Assembly: GCF_902652985.1 (NCBI RefSeq)
Contig: NC_047022.1
Location: 15,252,001-15,316,000, forward strand
Direction of reading: 5' to 3'
DNA from: Pecten maximus
Lineage: Eukaryota
Length of the DNA stretch: 64,000 nt
The position numbers and the translations under genes are program-made. Positions 1 through 17,955 of the stretch are shown one piece after another. The notes beneath the pieces are model-generated. The model had not been told where the DNA came from. It saw nothing but the letters and a program-made list of their open reading frames with translations, and searched no databases. Position 1 is the first letter of the stretch. Each line of letters opens with the position of its first letter.

Positions 1-1798
1 CATTTCAACCCAGGAGCCTGTGACAATCCAATCACAGCCAGCCTTTTACTGTAAGATAAATCCCAGGGGCCTGTGACAATTTAATCACAGCCAACTTTAC
101 AGCAGCATTATGTACACAGAGTGAAGATACTATATCATTTACTGCCACCCAGCTTATTGATTGAGGAATGCATAGAAACCCCTCCAAGTCTGGTTTGTGC
201 TAAAATTGTCTGTAAACTAGAGAAAACTGCTCTCACAGTGACACTAACAAGCCTAGAGAAAACTGCTCTCATAGTGACACTAACAAGCCTCTGGTGTCTC
301 GTAACTGGTAATACATACAAATGTACTTGGATACTTAGAAGGTATTATATGTAATTCTATCTGACATGCATGATAGCTAAATATGCTCTGGTGTTTTAAG
401 TTCCATATATTATATACCCGGGTAATGTGAATTCTAGCTCCCACAACAACGCAAAAATAATACTGAACAAAAGTTTGAACTTAGTAAAACTGTGTTTGGT
501 CCAGATCTTATTATCATAGCGAGTTGCAATAAATTCACTTTATCAGTTTAATATTTTGGTGCATGGTTAATACATAATAAATATAACACATCAATTTTAT
601 GGAACAATTTTTAAATTGTTACCAAATTTCAGGATGCTTTCCCGAAGACATTAATTCAGATATACTCGGGTAACAGCTGCTTTTAAAAAATAAAATTGAA
701 TTAATGCTTTAATAATCAAAAATAACAAAGACCAGTTAAAGCTCTGTAAGTCACTCATGATCAATCAAGATTTTAACTTTGGATAATCAAAAATATTTGA
801 CGAGGCAAAGATGCTTATTAATGAAAAAAAATATGAAATTATGATTTGGTATATTTTCTATAGATACTGTAACTAAAGTCCTTCAACACTTGAGATATTT
901 GAAATGTTTTCCTCCATCTGGAGCTACAATCACAGCTGAAAGAACTGAATGGGTTAGGGTGATCCATAGAAAAAGTAATATCTTTAATATTATATTCCGG
1001 TATATGCTCTGTTGGACAGATGACCAGAACGAAACTTAAATAGCACCACTAATATTTACAAGACCAGACTACACAATACAGACATGGCTGCTAGTCATTA
1101 TTATAGATAAAATCTCGCTGCTCACTTTTATGTACATATAAATATTCAGTCTAACGTTCTATACACCATAACTTCCTCTATGTCACTTAGAGTATGTGTA
1201 GAGTATTCATGTTGAGGTTATAAATGTAAAGTCTCCGCTGATTGGACGACATTTCTAGTGTAGATCCTAAGTCTCATTAAACAGAAATACATATGTAGAC
1301 ATATACTGCCTATATTGTTTATCATCAAACAGTTACATTACGTTTAAGTGTGTATATATATTTGAAACGCAGAGAGATGATTTCACTTCAAACATGACAT
1401 ACACTAATAACAACATGCTCTGACTTGATACTTTTACATTCCATGCTCCACTGGTCACTTTTGAACAATGACGTTTTTCCACCCCTACGTACCTTCTAAA
1501 TATGGAAGGTTTGTTTACATCTACATATTGCACAGTGGCATGGTGGAAACATACGAAAAAGTGAAACCTCATTTGTGTAAGGATTATCAATACTTGTGTT
1601 TTATTTTGTTAGTCTTAAATAGCTTTTAATCAGCTGAAATATTGAGCTGGAAACTGATGCAATCATTTGGGATTTGTTTGCTTGAATAACCCCACTTCAA
1701 TCACTATTGTTAAGGTTTTTTTGTAAAAATATGTGTTTAAGCTATCTGGAGCACTGTTATATATCAAGCAGGGAGTCACTGCAGGCATCTAAGACTCT

Positions 1799-2062
1799 GT
1801 GAGTGGAAGTGAGTGTGAAAGGTGTGCTGTTTAGACTATGTATAATTATTATACCTATCTGCAACCAGTCTATGGAAAAGACTTATATAGGGTAATCCTG
1901 TTGTCTGATCCTATTATTTCATATATATATTTAAAAACTTAACAAATGATAATAATATAATTAAATAATAATTAACTTTCTAATATAATTAGGTTTATTG
2001 ATTGTATGTATATTGAACATGTAATTGTATATATTTGGAATAATAAAATAATTTTGAATTGA
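1799..2062 (+). mobile_element. 5'-truncated retroposon 3' end
   Basis: Flanked by 12-bp direct repeat ATCTAAGACTCT (1787-98 and 2063-74); ends AATAAA...TTGAATTGA tail. Confidence 0.55.
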
Positions 2063-5000
2063 ATCTAAGACTCTACTTTTACTTTCAATTGGAGTAACAT
2101 GAAGTATGTCAATTCTTATCGCCTGAAATTGAACTAGATCTTATTATAGGCTTATTGCAGGACAATGAAGAATCATTCTATAGCCGTTTTTTCTTTCTTT
2201 TTTATTAAACGACAATAGATTTTGTGTTTATAACCAGACTTTGACTTATTACCAGGCAACAATTTATTACCAGATGCACAGACTTATTACCATACATGGA
2301 TTTTCACCAGGCTTTGACTTATTACCAGGCACTGACCTACTGCCTGATAATTTAATAGAGTAAATGCAATCCTCACATACATAAATGTGAATAAAATAGT
2401 CTTAAGTCCCCCCCTTTGCAGTGTATATATGAATGAGTCAATGACATTGGGGACTAATATATATTTTATGCATGACGTGCATACTGACCACAAAGTTTGT
2501 TGCATGCATTACTTTATTTCTGAGGTTGATAAAATCAGTCACTGACCTCACTAAATGGTGATAATTGTATCATTTGCCTCATGTTAATAAGTAGTAGGCG
2601 GCTGCCTCAACTTGATTATAGGTTCGTTAACAGAACTTTTAACGAGTCAGTACTGTCAGTAATGACACATACATCGCTAATGAACACATTTCAAACAAAT
2701 CATTATGACAGAAAATCAATTTTGACTTGGACAAATTATCTGAGTATGTCCCAAGGCTTCCAATTAAATCTTCTTTACAAAAGATTCAATAACGATATTT
2801 TATACTACACACAAACAGAGACACATATTTATATATATCATACAGGAAGTTGGTGTGTTTCAGTTATGTCATCGAAGCACATTATCAAAATTTAAAGCGG
2901 TCATAAATTAAACAGAACTATTTTGTGACATTGGATATACCCAATTTACATGTGTTAACATGAATTGTGTAGTGAAGTACAACATTAATAGCCCAACGGG
3001 AATTAATGTTCCATGCTAGAGACGGTGACACAGTTTTGGTGACTGTGTCACAGTTATAGGATTAAGCATCAATGTGTCAGGTTTGAAAAATGATGCGTTA
3101 CAAATTTCCAGGTTTAGTCGTGTCACAGATTTGGGAACTGATGTCAAAGTTCCATCTGAGTAAAGTTAATGGGATTGATGTGTCAAAAGTTTTGGGAACT
3201 GATGTTCTTTAAACTTGAGATTTCTAGACCATGCACACTTGTAATGAGCTATATAAATAAGAAACAAAATAGCAATATAAAATCAATATCATCCTTGTTT
3301 CTCGATCCATTAATTCGTTTAAAATCTGTTTGTATGCATTTCCTAGTGTAGATTTAACAGGGAGAAGAGATGCCTAACAAGCTGTTACTGCAGACTAGAG
3401 ATGCGGAACAGCTCGCAAGGGGAAAGGAATACAGCTCGCTGGGGAGAACCGCCGTCAGATCAATACAGAGACAGCCGATCTCTGTCCTTCCCGATCAATG
3501 TCCCTCCCTACGTGGGTCAATCAATCACTCCACAAAATACTGGTTTTCACCATTTCTTGCAATTCTACTACTTTAACCAGTGATATGGATTAATACTGCC
3601 TGCTTGGTTTAGGATAGGTCTAAGTAGTCGTGTCTTGAACAAGACCTCTTACTCCACTTGGTACAACGTGTAGCAGACAATTTCAGGCTATACATTTCCT
3701 GCAACTTGTGCACTTAAACCAATATCTAACAAACATCTTTAAATATTTTGCAAGCTTTTAAATGTGAAATGCTAATTTGAAGCAATATCTTAAAATAAAG
3801 TCTTAAAATTTCATTATGTTTTGTTGTCTTTGAAGAATATAACTTAAACAGATAATGATGCTATCTATTTTATAGTGCTGTTGCACTGAATTGTCATAGC
3901 CTTGGCAAGTCATCCCACCTATTCTCACTATAACCACCTCAGACTAACAGAGTTGTATCTGACCAACATTGAGAACGTTTTACAATTCTAATCATGCAGA
4001 ATTATACACAAATTCACAGGTATACTGTTAAAAAATATAAAATTGTAATAAAATACATTGAGCAGAACAAATAAAGACCTATACCAGGTATTTTATCATT
4101 ATTATTTGATTTATACAGTTTAACAATATCCTGTGACAATTCAAATTCATAATTTTCTTTTCTTAAATGCTTAACAATGACCTACAGCCTGGGTAACAAA
4201 ACAAAATAATGTTTGATATAAAACACATCAAAAGGTTAACTTCATGGTCTAGCTGGATAAATGCTCTGAACGTAATCATACAGGATATCATTAATTTCTT
4301 ATCAAAATCTTTGAACATTACAGGTCTACTTAGTACAAAAGATACACAAGATATTAGCACCATTCTACCCAAATAGATGCATTATTATTAGGCGGCACCA
4401 TTATAGCTGTTTCATCCTTCTGGGGCTCGTGAGCAATGCTTATACATGTATTAGGCCTAAATGTTGTCAGAAGGTGACCAAACACTCAAAATTGATCAGA
4501 ATAATGCAATCTTAATCAGAATGGGAAGATGCAAAAGTCCCATTAGATTCAATAAATTTTATGATTTTTAAACAAAAGTTCATAATTTTCAATATCACAT
4601 TTTCTACATATGTGCATAATTATGTGTTTATACTTCCATTAAATTTGATAGATCAGGCACTGTAAAAAGATTAAATATTCCAACTGAGTTGTCATGTCCT
4701 AGTTTTTGCCAGCTGATAATCATCCAGCTGACCTTGAACTCCAGATATTAAACCTTTACAGGTTCAAGCTAATTTACTGAACACTCCCAAATGTACAATT
4801 ACATCTGACACCGTTGTCACTGTTGTAGTGAGAGTTAATTCAAAAATATGACTGAACCCTATTCACCAATGCTGAGTCAAAGAAAGCTGTGATAAAATTT
4901 TCAGTAAATTTAGAACTTCCTTTTAATGTCAATTTACATATCATCCTCTGCAGACTTTAGACTGTAAAGACAGATTGTCTTAGGTTTCTATCACCAGAAA

Positions 5001-6232
5001 GGGAAAGCTGACTTGATATGGTATCTACCAGCAGTATTTAAAGGAACTCTTATGTCTTTCATTGACCATAATTCAGACGATATACCGGTAGCATGGTCAA
5101 CTCCGACGTGTATGATTTTAGATGGTTAATTTTCTTTTTCCAGTGTTAAGTTTTTTGGAGGAATATAGTTAAATTTAATGACTGCTTTTAAAATCAGTAG
5201 ATTTTTTTTTTGATCTAAATTGTATTTATGAGAATATCATTTAAATAGGTTTGTTAAACGAAATATTGATCTACATAGATCTATACATTTTCTATGCTGA
5301 TGAGTTATTGACAAATTAATGTCGTTTTGAAACAAATTTGCAACACCTCTGTTGCTGTGGAAATACATATATGTTTTTTGTTTTGTTTATCCTATGTAAT
5401 GGATAATGTAACGAAGCAGGTCTGGCAGAACATTGGAGAGGCAATAAAGGAAAAGTAATGATGGGACTTGATGGTTAAAGGGAAGGTTTAGACAAAGGCT
5501 GCCATTATATCTATCTTTATAGTGTTAACATTCCAAATCTCAAGTTATGTAGATGGTAGCACCTCATGTAGATGGTTGCACCTAAGAAGAGTATTCACAG
5601 GCCAAGAAATAACCAACATATGCCATGGTAGTAATTACTTAACTACATGTAACACACAATAATGTTCACCTACACACAGTGAGAACTCAGAAAACTGAAA
5701 TATTAAATAAGTATATCACAGTGATGAACATCCAGTAACAAAAAAGACAAATGTCTGGTACAAATCTGGTGTTCTAACAGAGAACACTTGCTGCACCATA
5801 ATGTGGCAACCACATTGAATTCACAGTCTCGTAACGACATTGTGAAATTATGTATAATTAGTAAATGTGTACTCTACAGGTAGGGTGTAGTAACTACTAC
5901 CTCCACTGCATAAAAAGTACAACCCCTTTTCTTCCTAATGTCTACCTTAACACTGCCAGACTTTCGGGCTTTAGTAGAGCAATTGCCCTTGAGAAGGCCT
6001 TTGGTTATGTCCCCTGGCCGATATGCTTAACAGCTAGAGTCTATAAAAATGGTAGTTCATACTCATGCTTTAATTAGCACTTATAATTAGCATTTTGGGA
6101 GTATGATAATGTTCACCTGTTTCAGTATAATGTTGGGTGTCTTCAGCAGTATGCCTAGCTAAGGGAACATGAACATTCCATCACATTCTACAACACACAA
6201 ACACTCACCATACATGCATCTAACATATATGA

Positions 6233-6575
6233 CAAGGGAGGCCGTCTTTAAAATACTTTAGCTTTTGACAAGATGTTTAACAAGGGAGGCCATCCTTAAA
6301 ATACCATAGCTGTTGACAGGATGTTTAACAAGGGAGGCCGTCCTTAAAATACCATAGCTGTTGACAGGATGTTTAATAAGGGAGGTCAAACTTAAAATAC
6401 CATAGCTGCTGACAAGATGTTTAACAAGAGAAGGCCGTCCTTTAAAATACCATAGCTGTTGACAAGATGTTTAACAAGAGAAGGCCGTCCTTAAAATACC
6501 ATAGCTTTTGACAAAATGTTTAACAAGGGAGGCCGTCCTTCAAATACCATAGCTGTTGACAGGGTGTTTAACAAC
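6233..6575. repeat. 48-bp minisatellite, ~7 copies
   Basis: Unit ACAAGGGAGGCCGTCCTTAAAATACCATAGCTGTTGACAGGATGTTTA. Confidence 0.9.
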
Positions 6576-8172
6576 CAAACTTAGCTATTAGTGAAAGGGA
6601 ACATGCATGATGCTGGCAAAAACAGTTGATGGTGAAAAAAAAAACTGTTTCAAGGAATAAAACAACTTGGTGGATAATGATTCAAAATGCCGTTCATGTC
6701 ACTGTCTGGAGAGATCATGAAAATCAATACAAAATGCTTTTAAAACTAATATTTTTGTCAATAGCAAAGCCATTTAGACTCGAGATTGAAGCTTGGTCTA
6801 GATGCTGTATCCATGTGTCATGGAATTCTCGGCTAAACATAGAACACAGACTGATCGTTACATCTCGACCCTATAACTACCATCAAAGGTTATACTGTTT
6901 CCTTCAATCGATACCACCACAAATCTTATCAACTATTCTTCTAAAAGCCAAAGAAATGTAAACTACCCATACATGTATGAATTTGGTTGTTTGCATAAAG
7001 GGTGATATTTAGTTTTTGAACCATATTTGTTTCCATGGTTACTGAAAAATTATGAGAAATGAAAACCACTCCATACCAAAGGACACCGGACCAGAGCAAT
7101 GCATGTACCAGGTTTCGTGAAGTTTATTAATTGGTTTTGGAGTTATGCTTTGGAAACAGAGTCTGACACACACTCACATACCAATTTAAATGTGTTTTGT
7201 GGGGAACAAAAAAGACCCATCTAGCTCTTGGTGAGAAATGGCCACCCAATAACAAGATTGAAAAATTGCTTATTAGGCAGAGCGAATTAAGGACCACAGA
7301 TGAAGGGGGATTTGAACTGCCCACCAGAATTTGACAGGTTCGCTATGGATAATAAATGTTTCTAGAAAGGAAAATGATAAAAGTGATGTAAAATGTGTTA
7401 TAATCCATAGTCTGCAATATTAATATAAGTCTATTACCAGCGATACTATGTCAATGTTATCTAGTTGAGTTCATTACAGCACCTGGTAATATTTACATTT
7501 TTGACAGACACTAAATGATCAGCTGCTATAAAAATTCACACCCTTAATTATACCCCTGAAAGTCACAGGATTTACACAATATCCATATGAAAAACATGTC
7601 CAATTTTCAGGGAAAAGACTCTCAAGATGAATATTAAGTATATATTGACAATTTTCTTCCCCAACAACTCATTATTATCACACTAATAAGTATTACATAT
7701 TTATTTTCAACATACAAAAATCGCATGTCTCATATAATTTTAAAGGTAAAAGAAAGTTTCATATATATTTTACAATTAAATAACAATTAAAACAGGCGAA
7801 GATTTTGTGAGTAAATATCATAGATCTTATGCCTCTAAAAAGTATAATATTATTGTTATAATGTACATAAACTGTGTCTTGCAGTAACTTATCTAATACT
7901 ATTATAATATTAACTGAAATTAATTAGTCAATTTGTTATACATTAGCTCTTGTCTGATTACTTATATCTATATACCTATATCTGATGTGACCTATATGAA
8001 TGAGACCCTATATATATCTGCTGTGTGTGACAATTTATACAAAGCACTGTTAAGTGTGCCATAGATATATCATCACTGAACAGGTTTTTTTATGCAAGGT
8101 TCGTCACCTTTCCTTCCAAAAAGGCACACAGTTTGTCACAAACTAAAAGGTCATACAAACTAGTACTATATG

Positions 8173-8495
8173 CTCATCAAACATAAGGTTGGTGTTCTCT
8201 AGACTCATCATACATAGGGTGGATATTCTCTAGACTCATCATACATAAGGTTGATATTCTCTAGACTCATCATACATAGGGTTGATATTCTCTAGACTCA
8301 TCATACATAAGGTTAGGCTCATCAAACATAAGGTTGGTGTTCTCTAGACTCATCATACATAAGGTTGATGTTTTCTAGACTCATCATACATAAGGTTGAT
8401 ATTCTCTAGACTCATCATACATAAGGTTGGTGTTCTCTAGACTCATCATACATAAGGTTGGTGTTCTCTAGACTCATCATGCACATAAGGTTGAT
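8173..8495. repeat. 31-bp minisatellite, ~10 copies
   Basis: Unit CTCATCATACATAAGGTTGATATTCTCTAGA. Confidence 0.9.
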
Positions 8496-10570
8496 GCATT
8501 AGTTCTCATAAGAGTGATACAGGGTGATTCATTGGTTGCTACCAGGGGGAAGTTCACAAATAAAATGATCATTTATGCATATATATTATTATGATCAATT
8601 ATGCTATTTGGAACCTTGATATTTAAATAATTAGAAAAAAATAAACAGGACGTGAAATAAACACTTGTAGACTTTGGTCAGAGTTATAACTTAACATTAA
8701 ATCTTTAAGCACTTTTTTCACCTCAATTGTTTAAACAAAGGTGGTTGAGACTGTAATCTTGAGTCATGCACTGTAATGGCCAGACATGAATTATTGTCTT
8801 CAACCCGGACAGCTCAGTTTTCTGTTTGTCATCCTGGTTTTGAATCTAAATCCTGTTTAGTGTTTACTAAGTCAGTTTACTCAGAATTCAAGATCAACAA
8901 ACAGTTATAACCAAGTATTCTGTAACCTGAGTCTTGTGTACAAAGGAAGTATGTAAGGTGTAGAGCGAAAATTACAATGACTATAATAATAGCACTACAG
9001 GTTCTATAGGGTTCAGTGGTGATCATTATTAGAATATTCTCTTCCGGGTAGTGGTTGACTTGCATACCTACAGCTGTATTACCCTGTCATTAATTTTACA
9101 TGATATTTTAGTCAGTACCGCCATTCATACAAGATGGGTTGACCGAACCTGAATAGTTTCTAAAGCTGGGGACTGATTTATACAGAGCTGGGATGTTTAA
9201 CAAACAATGAATTAAGTGATTTATATATCTTATCCCCAAAAATGATTTATAAATACTTAGTGTGATATCCTGTATAGCAGTATTGGTTCATCTACATTTT
9301 TCCTTTTTGGATTCATTTATATACTTTTATATAAGAATTTAAATCAGGTAAAATACTAAATAAAAAAAAAACTATTTACACATAAATTATAAATGTACTA
9401 AGTTTACCATGATGGTAAGGTTGTCTTTACTGTGTTAATATACTAGTCAACCATACATCAACAACTTTACACTTTTGTAATATTCCTAGCTACTACACAA
9501 TGTAAATCTTACGATGTGATGATAAGCCCACTGGGTTAGTTTACTACTACAGCACTTATGCTAACACTGGTTCAGCAATCAGTTGACCTTGTCCCCATTC
9601 ATTGTTGAATGATAGGAACAAGGACTTGACCTCGATCAACTCTGGCAGTTGTGAAAAAAAAGTCAGTACAGATAAAACATAGTATTATCTTCTATATCAG
9701 CAACTAACACTACAGCTTTTTTATGCCAGACAGGTTACAAATTATGATAATTTCTTTTATTCAAAAAGATGTTTAAGTACGAATTGTTGAAATAATAGCT
9801 CTACTAAGCTATTGTTCCGCGATATACAACATTAAATAAAGTTTCTTCAGAATCTGTAATTGTTGATGTCAAAAATATAGCATCATAGATTTTAATCTTC
9901 AACGACTGTTATCAGATCTAAGACTTAATAGATTTGGGGGTTTTCCTCTGAGAATCTTGAAAGTTATTATAATATTGAAGGTGGTCAAAATTCAGAGAAA
10001 AAATATTAATGAAATCGGTAACTGATAAAATCCTCTGATCATTCAAGTTACATCTAAGCACAGGTCAAGAGTTTGACATTCTATCAGTAAGAATATATCA
10101 ATCCACAAGAAAATACCCTGTATGGATTTTTATAATTATATGTTCTATTTGATACAATGCACACTGCTGTGATTGTAGAATGTTTTATAATTTTTTTATT
10201 TATTTTTTTTATTTCTTGAAAGCTTTTTTCTCTCTTAAATTTACAAATATATAGATAATCACAACTGTAGATGAACTCATGGATTCCCGGAAAGAATAAC
10301 ATAACTAAATAATAATTAGTATTCTTTAGAGTTTATAATTATTATTTAGATCTAGTTTTGTAAAATACAGAAAATATATTTACTATTTTATAAATGACAT
10401 ATCCGCATCAGGGTACAATGTGTGCTTCAGGAGAGAGCACAGGTGGTGATGTCCTATCTATATAGACTAACGCGATAACGCTCAGAAGTAGGTCATGATT
10501 GTCAAACCATTTCATCAATTTTGTATGCTGACAAGCACGATGCAACTTTGACACTACATACTGCACTCAC

Positions 10571-10682
10571 CTGCAACTATTCCTTTGCAACTTTTCTGCC
10601 AGTTACTCTTCGGTTTTGGAGATATTAGGCTCAATGCGTCGGGCTGACCGTTCGGGACAGCTTTACTCTTGTCCTTATCCAT
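10571..10682 (-). CDS. SLC25A1: First coding exon of a mitochondrial citrate (tricarboxylate) carrier, SLC25A1-like; remaining exons not found in the window
   Basis: Minus-strand ATG at 10682 reads MDKDKSKAVPNGQPDALSLISPKPKSNWQKSCKGIVA-G, then a GTGAGT donor (phase 1). KGIVAG matches the start of helix 1 of invertebrate citrate carriers (KGIVAGGITGGIEICIT...), and human SLC25A1 exon 1 ends at the equivalent AILA-G phase-1 position. I could not find exon 2 in 1-10570. Confidence 0.65.
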
Positions 10683-10799
10683 GTTTTGACATGTGGTTTC
10701 ACTTCAATTCATACCGCCTGTAAACACGTCTGTGAAACGAATGTTCACAAAACAGCATGCAACGTAACTCATTGAAAGGGTCAAAGTTGGGCCTTCGTA

Positions 10800-10956
10800 T
10801 TAACCAATGAAATCATCGTGAGGAAAGTCACCTTACTTCCGGTCTATGAGAATATCGCGAAATCCCGCGAGACTATTTGCTGTAGCAACTTGGTTGCTAA
10901 GTAAGCGTCCATCATCCAAGTCTTCACAAGTTCACCTGTGGAAACAGAGCAACCAG
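10800..10956. promoter_or_regulatory. Bidirectional promoter for SLC25A1-like/TEKT1 plus the TEKT1 non-coding first exon; tandem RFX X-box-like motifs
   Basis: CpG-enriched patch. CCAAT 10804-10808; ETS ACTTCCGG 10835-10842; TCGCGA/CCCGCGAGA ~10855-10872; X-box-like TTTGCTGTAGCAAC 10876-10889 and GTTGCTAAGTAAG 10893-10905; candidate donor CAG|GTAAAA at 10956/10957. Confidence 0.6.
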
Positions 10957-11625
10957 GTAAAATATAACTATTACAGCAGAATTTTTATAATTTTCAACGA
11001 AATCTTTAAATCACCAGTAATATTTATCTCTTTTAAGAAAATACTTGACCCAGATAAAGCTGAGAAATTATTCAAAACAGCGACGAGGGGTTTAATACCT
11101 TTAGCTGTTGTCAACACACTTTTCACACAGATTGTCCGACTGTGTGTTGAGTTACTCTACTGTAGTTCCGATATTTTTCAATCTTTATCTGATGTCAGCC
11201 TAACAATGAAGAAAGTATTTAAGTTTAGCATAAATTCCACAATCTGTGTCGCTGTAGGCCTGTCTTCTTTGGTCCCCTATCAATGCAATTTTTACTGAAA
11301 TTCAGTCAAGAATTTCACCAAAACATTAACCTCCAAACGCTGATTCTTCCTCCGTAATGGATTTGATATCATTCATTCCACCAGAGTGTACTTTACAGTA
11401 TAGACTAAAGTATAATCATTTTTGAAGTTCTATTAGAAGCTAGGGTTTCCACCAATTAGTATTTATTACTACCTTAGCTATTATTACTCTGACCATATCA
11501 TAAAAATAAGCTTAGCTGTAAAGGTGTACAATGCGTGAAGTTTCTTTTTTTAATGTGAACCTGTGCCGTGCGATCTGTTTTATGTTAATGAACTAAATGA
11601 CACATCACTGTATTTGTACAGAGTG

Positions 11626-15108
<3,483 letters not shown>

Positions 15109-17530
15109 ACCAATTGGAGAAAAAAAAATATTGATAAACAATTTAGTCTGTGATAACAATACTTTGGACAGATTAAGCAGAACAGAAAATAAAATTCAAA
15201 AACCATTTTGTCAAGCTGGGAGAAAATATGTGGAGTTGTGATATAGTTCCATTTGTAAAACCCGAACAAGAACTGTTTATGCAATCGTTGCTATGTACCT
15301 CTGTGTCTTTCTACACTTTCCTGTTTTTCATGTGAACTGTTCCATGTGTTACTGTCAGAATTTAGAGTCAAAAGATAGGTTTATAATAAATTTACTGTGG
15401 GAATGTCCTATTTCCAAATCATTTTGTCCATCCAACCAATTTTACATATTTTTCCAAGATGTAAAAAAAAAACTACTATTGTTTTGTTAATTCCAAAGAA
15501 TGACAGGAATTATGACATATTGTAAATTGTAACTTATACAGAACTATGCCCAACTTAGTTACTATTTGAGTCGAAAGGAAACTTTGAATATTCCAAGCTT
15601 CTTTGGAAGGACTGGAATGCAATTTGAATATGAGCTTCAAACATGTCAAAAATTAACCAAACTTGGGTACATTTCTGTATTTGATATTTTGGAAATGTCT
15701 TTTTAGATATTTCTGTAAATTTTATTTACAAAACATAACCGTTTATTGTAAATACTATGTTATTGTAATATAATAAAAAAGAAATAAAATGATAAAATCC
15801 AGTAACTGATTCTATTTTGGTATACATCAGAGTTGTATGTCAATTGACTTTAGTTTGTTCCAAAATATGATCAAATTATGCTTAAAATTGCCTGAAATGT
15901 CCATTTTAAAGCTTACAATCTCTGATGAAAATATCCTGATTAATTTCCTCATCTTTACTGTTGTTATATACAGCTGTATATAATTGAAAAAGACCAACAA
16001 AAATTACAATGCAAGGACATAAAATATCTAATCATTGCCTTTATTTTCATTTGATGAAACAAATTTGTATTCCTCTTCCATTGATAGGCAACACACCTCG
16101 AAATATATTTGAAAAAAATTATGTGCATATATTCATATTTAATATGTTCTCCCAAAATAAATTTGAAAACATTTTTAACAATGCAAGGCACATAAGACAA
16201 ATTTATCTCAAGAATAAATAAAGTTCTGATGTTTTATATCATACACATGACACCTATGTAGAAAAGTTTTAGACAACAAGTGTCTGCTGTCCAATATCAG
16301 AATGTGTACACAACAATACACATTTCTCACGATAGGGGGTCAGAAAGCAAAGATCAACGATCGGGAAAATAGCACTTACGACAATGTACAAGGTCATTAA
16401 GATTTTACGCGAGACATAAAACTATCCACAAGTCTGGTTAGTTGTACCTGCTGAGAATAGTTCTCTTAATCAAGTTATTGACAACATCACTTTAATTTTA
16501 ATTCTGTTCAATAGAAATATGTATAAGTTAACATTGTGTAAATATAGGTTAGCTTGTCATCAACACCAGCCACAATACTTATCACTACATAATCAGCAAA
16601 ATTACATGTTATCTACATGGTAAAACCAATGACCCTTGTATATCAATATTACATTTAATTTAATTCCTTGATTGAGGTTGAAGATATTGACTTTCACAAA
16701 AGATTAATTAATTCAAACTCCTGCAAAATTTATATCACAACAAGATAGCTTTTAAAAAGATCAAAATTTTCCATACTCATTGCTATTTTTCACACAAAGC
16801 TTTCTTAAACATGTGTATAATGACCATTTCCTCGTATTTTACAATCATATAATTTCTATACACTTTTTCTGTATTTTCAAAACAAATTCAAATAATATAA
16901 ATGAATTAATACTCATTTAATATTTAGATATTTATTTCATATTTTATTTTAGGATTCCAAGTTTTAATTTAAACAACCCATAGATTTTTATTTTACCAAA
17001 AATAATCTTGTATTCAATCAAATGTCAAAAAAACAATTGGACAATACTACTGGTTTCAAGAAATATTTAATATGGTAACTTTTTTTTCATTGTGGCACCC
17101 AAATAGTCCCTTGAGTTCTGTATAAACAATCGACTTTTAACTCTGTAAGGGAGATAACTGAAGCACAAACCAATACAATATCTTTTTCATCATTTCATAG
17201 ATTCAAATTCCACTATTATTTACAGTGAAAAATAACACAATAAGAGACATTGCTGTTGCTCAAACAATTGAAATACCTAATTTTGTTTCACTAAGAACAT
17301 TTACAGAATTATTTCCCATGAAAATATTGGGATGTGGAATTTGTACAATGGAAAATGGAAAGATAGATGAGAAGACAGGAAAAATAGTTGTCATTTTCAT
17401 AATTTGATAAAAGGATTAATAAGTTATTTATATATTTACAAAATAACATCAAATCAGACATTCAAAAATACAAGTTGATACTATATACATGTATCATGGA
17501 TAATTTCCCACCATGGCCAGATGATATATA

Positions 17531-17955
17531 TAGAGGATATCTAACAGTGTCTTCAGTAATACGAAATATATTTCACGAGTGGGGCTAATATTTTGATATT
17601 TTTCACGAGTGCGCAGCACGAGTGAAAAATATCAAAATATTAGCCACACGAGTGAAATATATTTCGTATTACTGAAGACACTGTTAGATATTCTGTTTAT
17701 TACATTTTTTATCAACGAAAAACCTACCCCGTATGCTAACTAGGCCTACAGCGATAATTTGTAAACAAAAAAGTAGTTCCCCCTGTCCAGGTGCTGACAT
17801 ATATGTCGGGCTTTCTGATTGGTCAATTATTTTGGTATTTTCTAATCATTAATTTGATTGGTTAAATCAGCAAAAGTGATATTTTTCACTAGTGAAAAAT
17901 ATCACTTTTATAGAATGAATAATTTTTGATATTTCACTGGTAAAAATGTAATAAA
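17531..17955. mobile_element. Non-autonomous element with a ~150-bp near-perfect palindrome (family uncertain, possibly Crypton-like)
   Basis: Arms ~17537-17610 and 17618-17691 around a GCGCAGC loop; short inverted repeat TTTATTACATTTTT / AAAAATGTAATAAA. Confidence 0.6.

Noticed and set aside
10846-11298. 150-aa ORF
   Set aside because: It overlaps the TEKT1 promoter, non-coding exon and intron 1; no recognisable protein.
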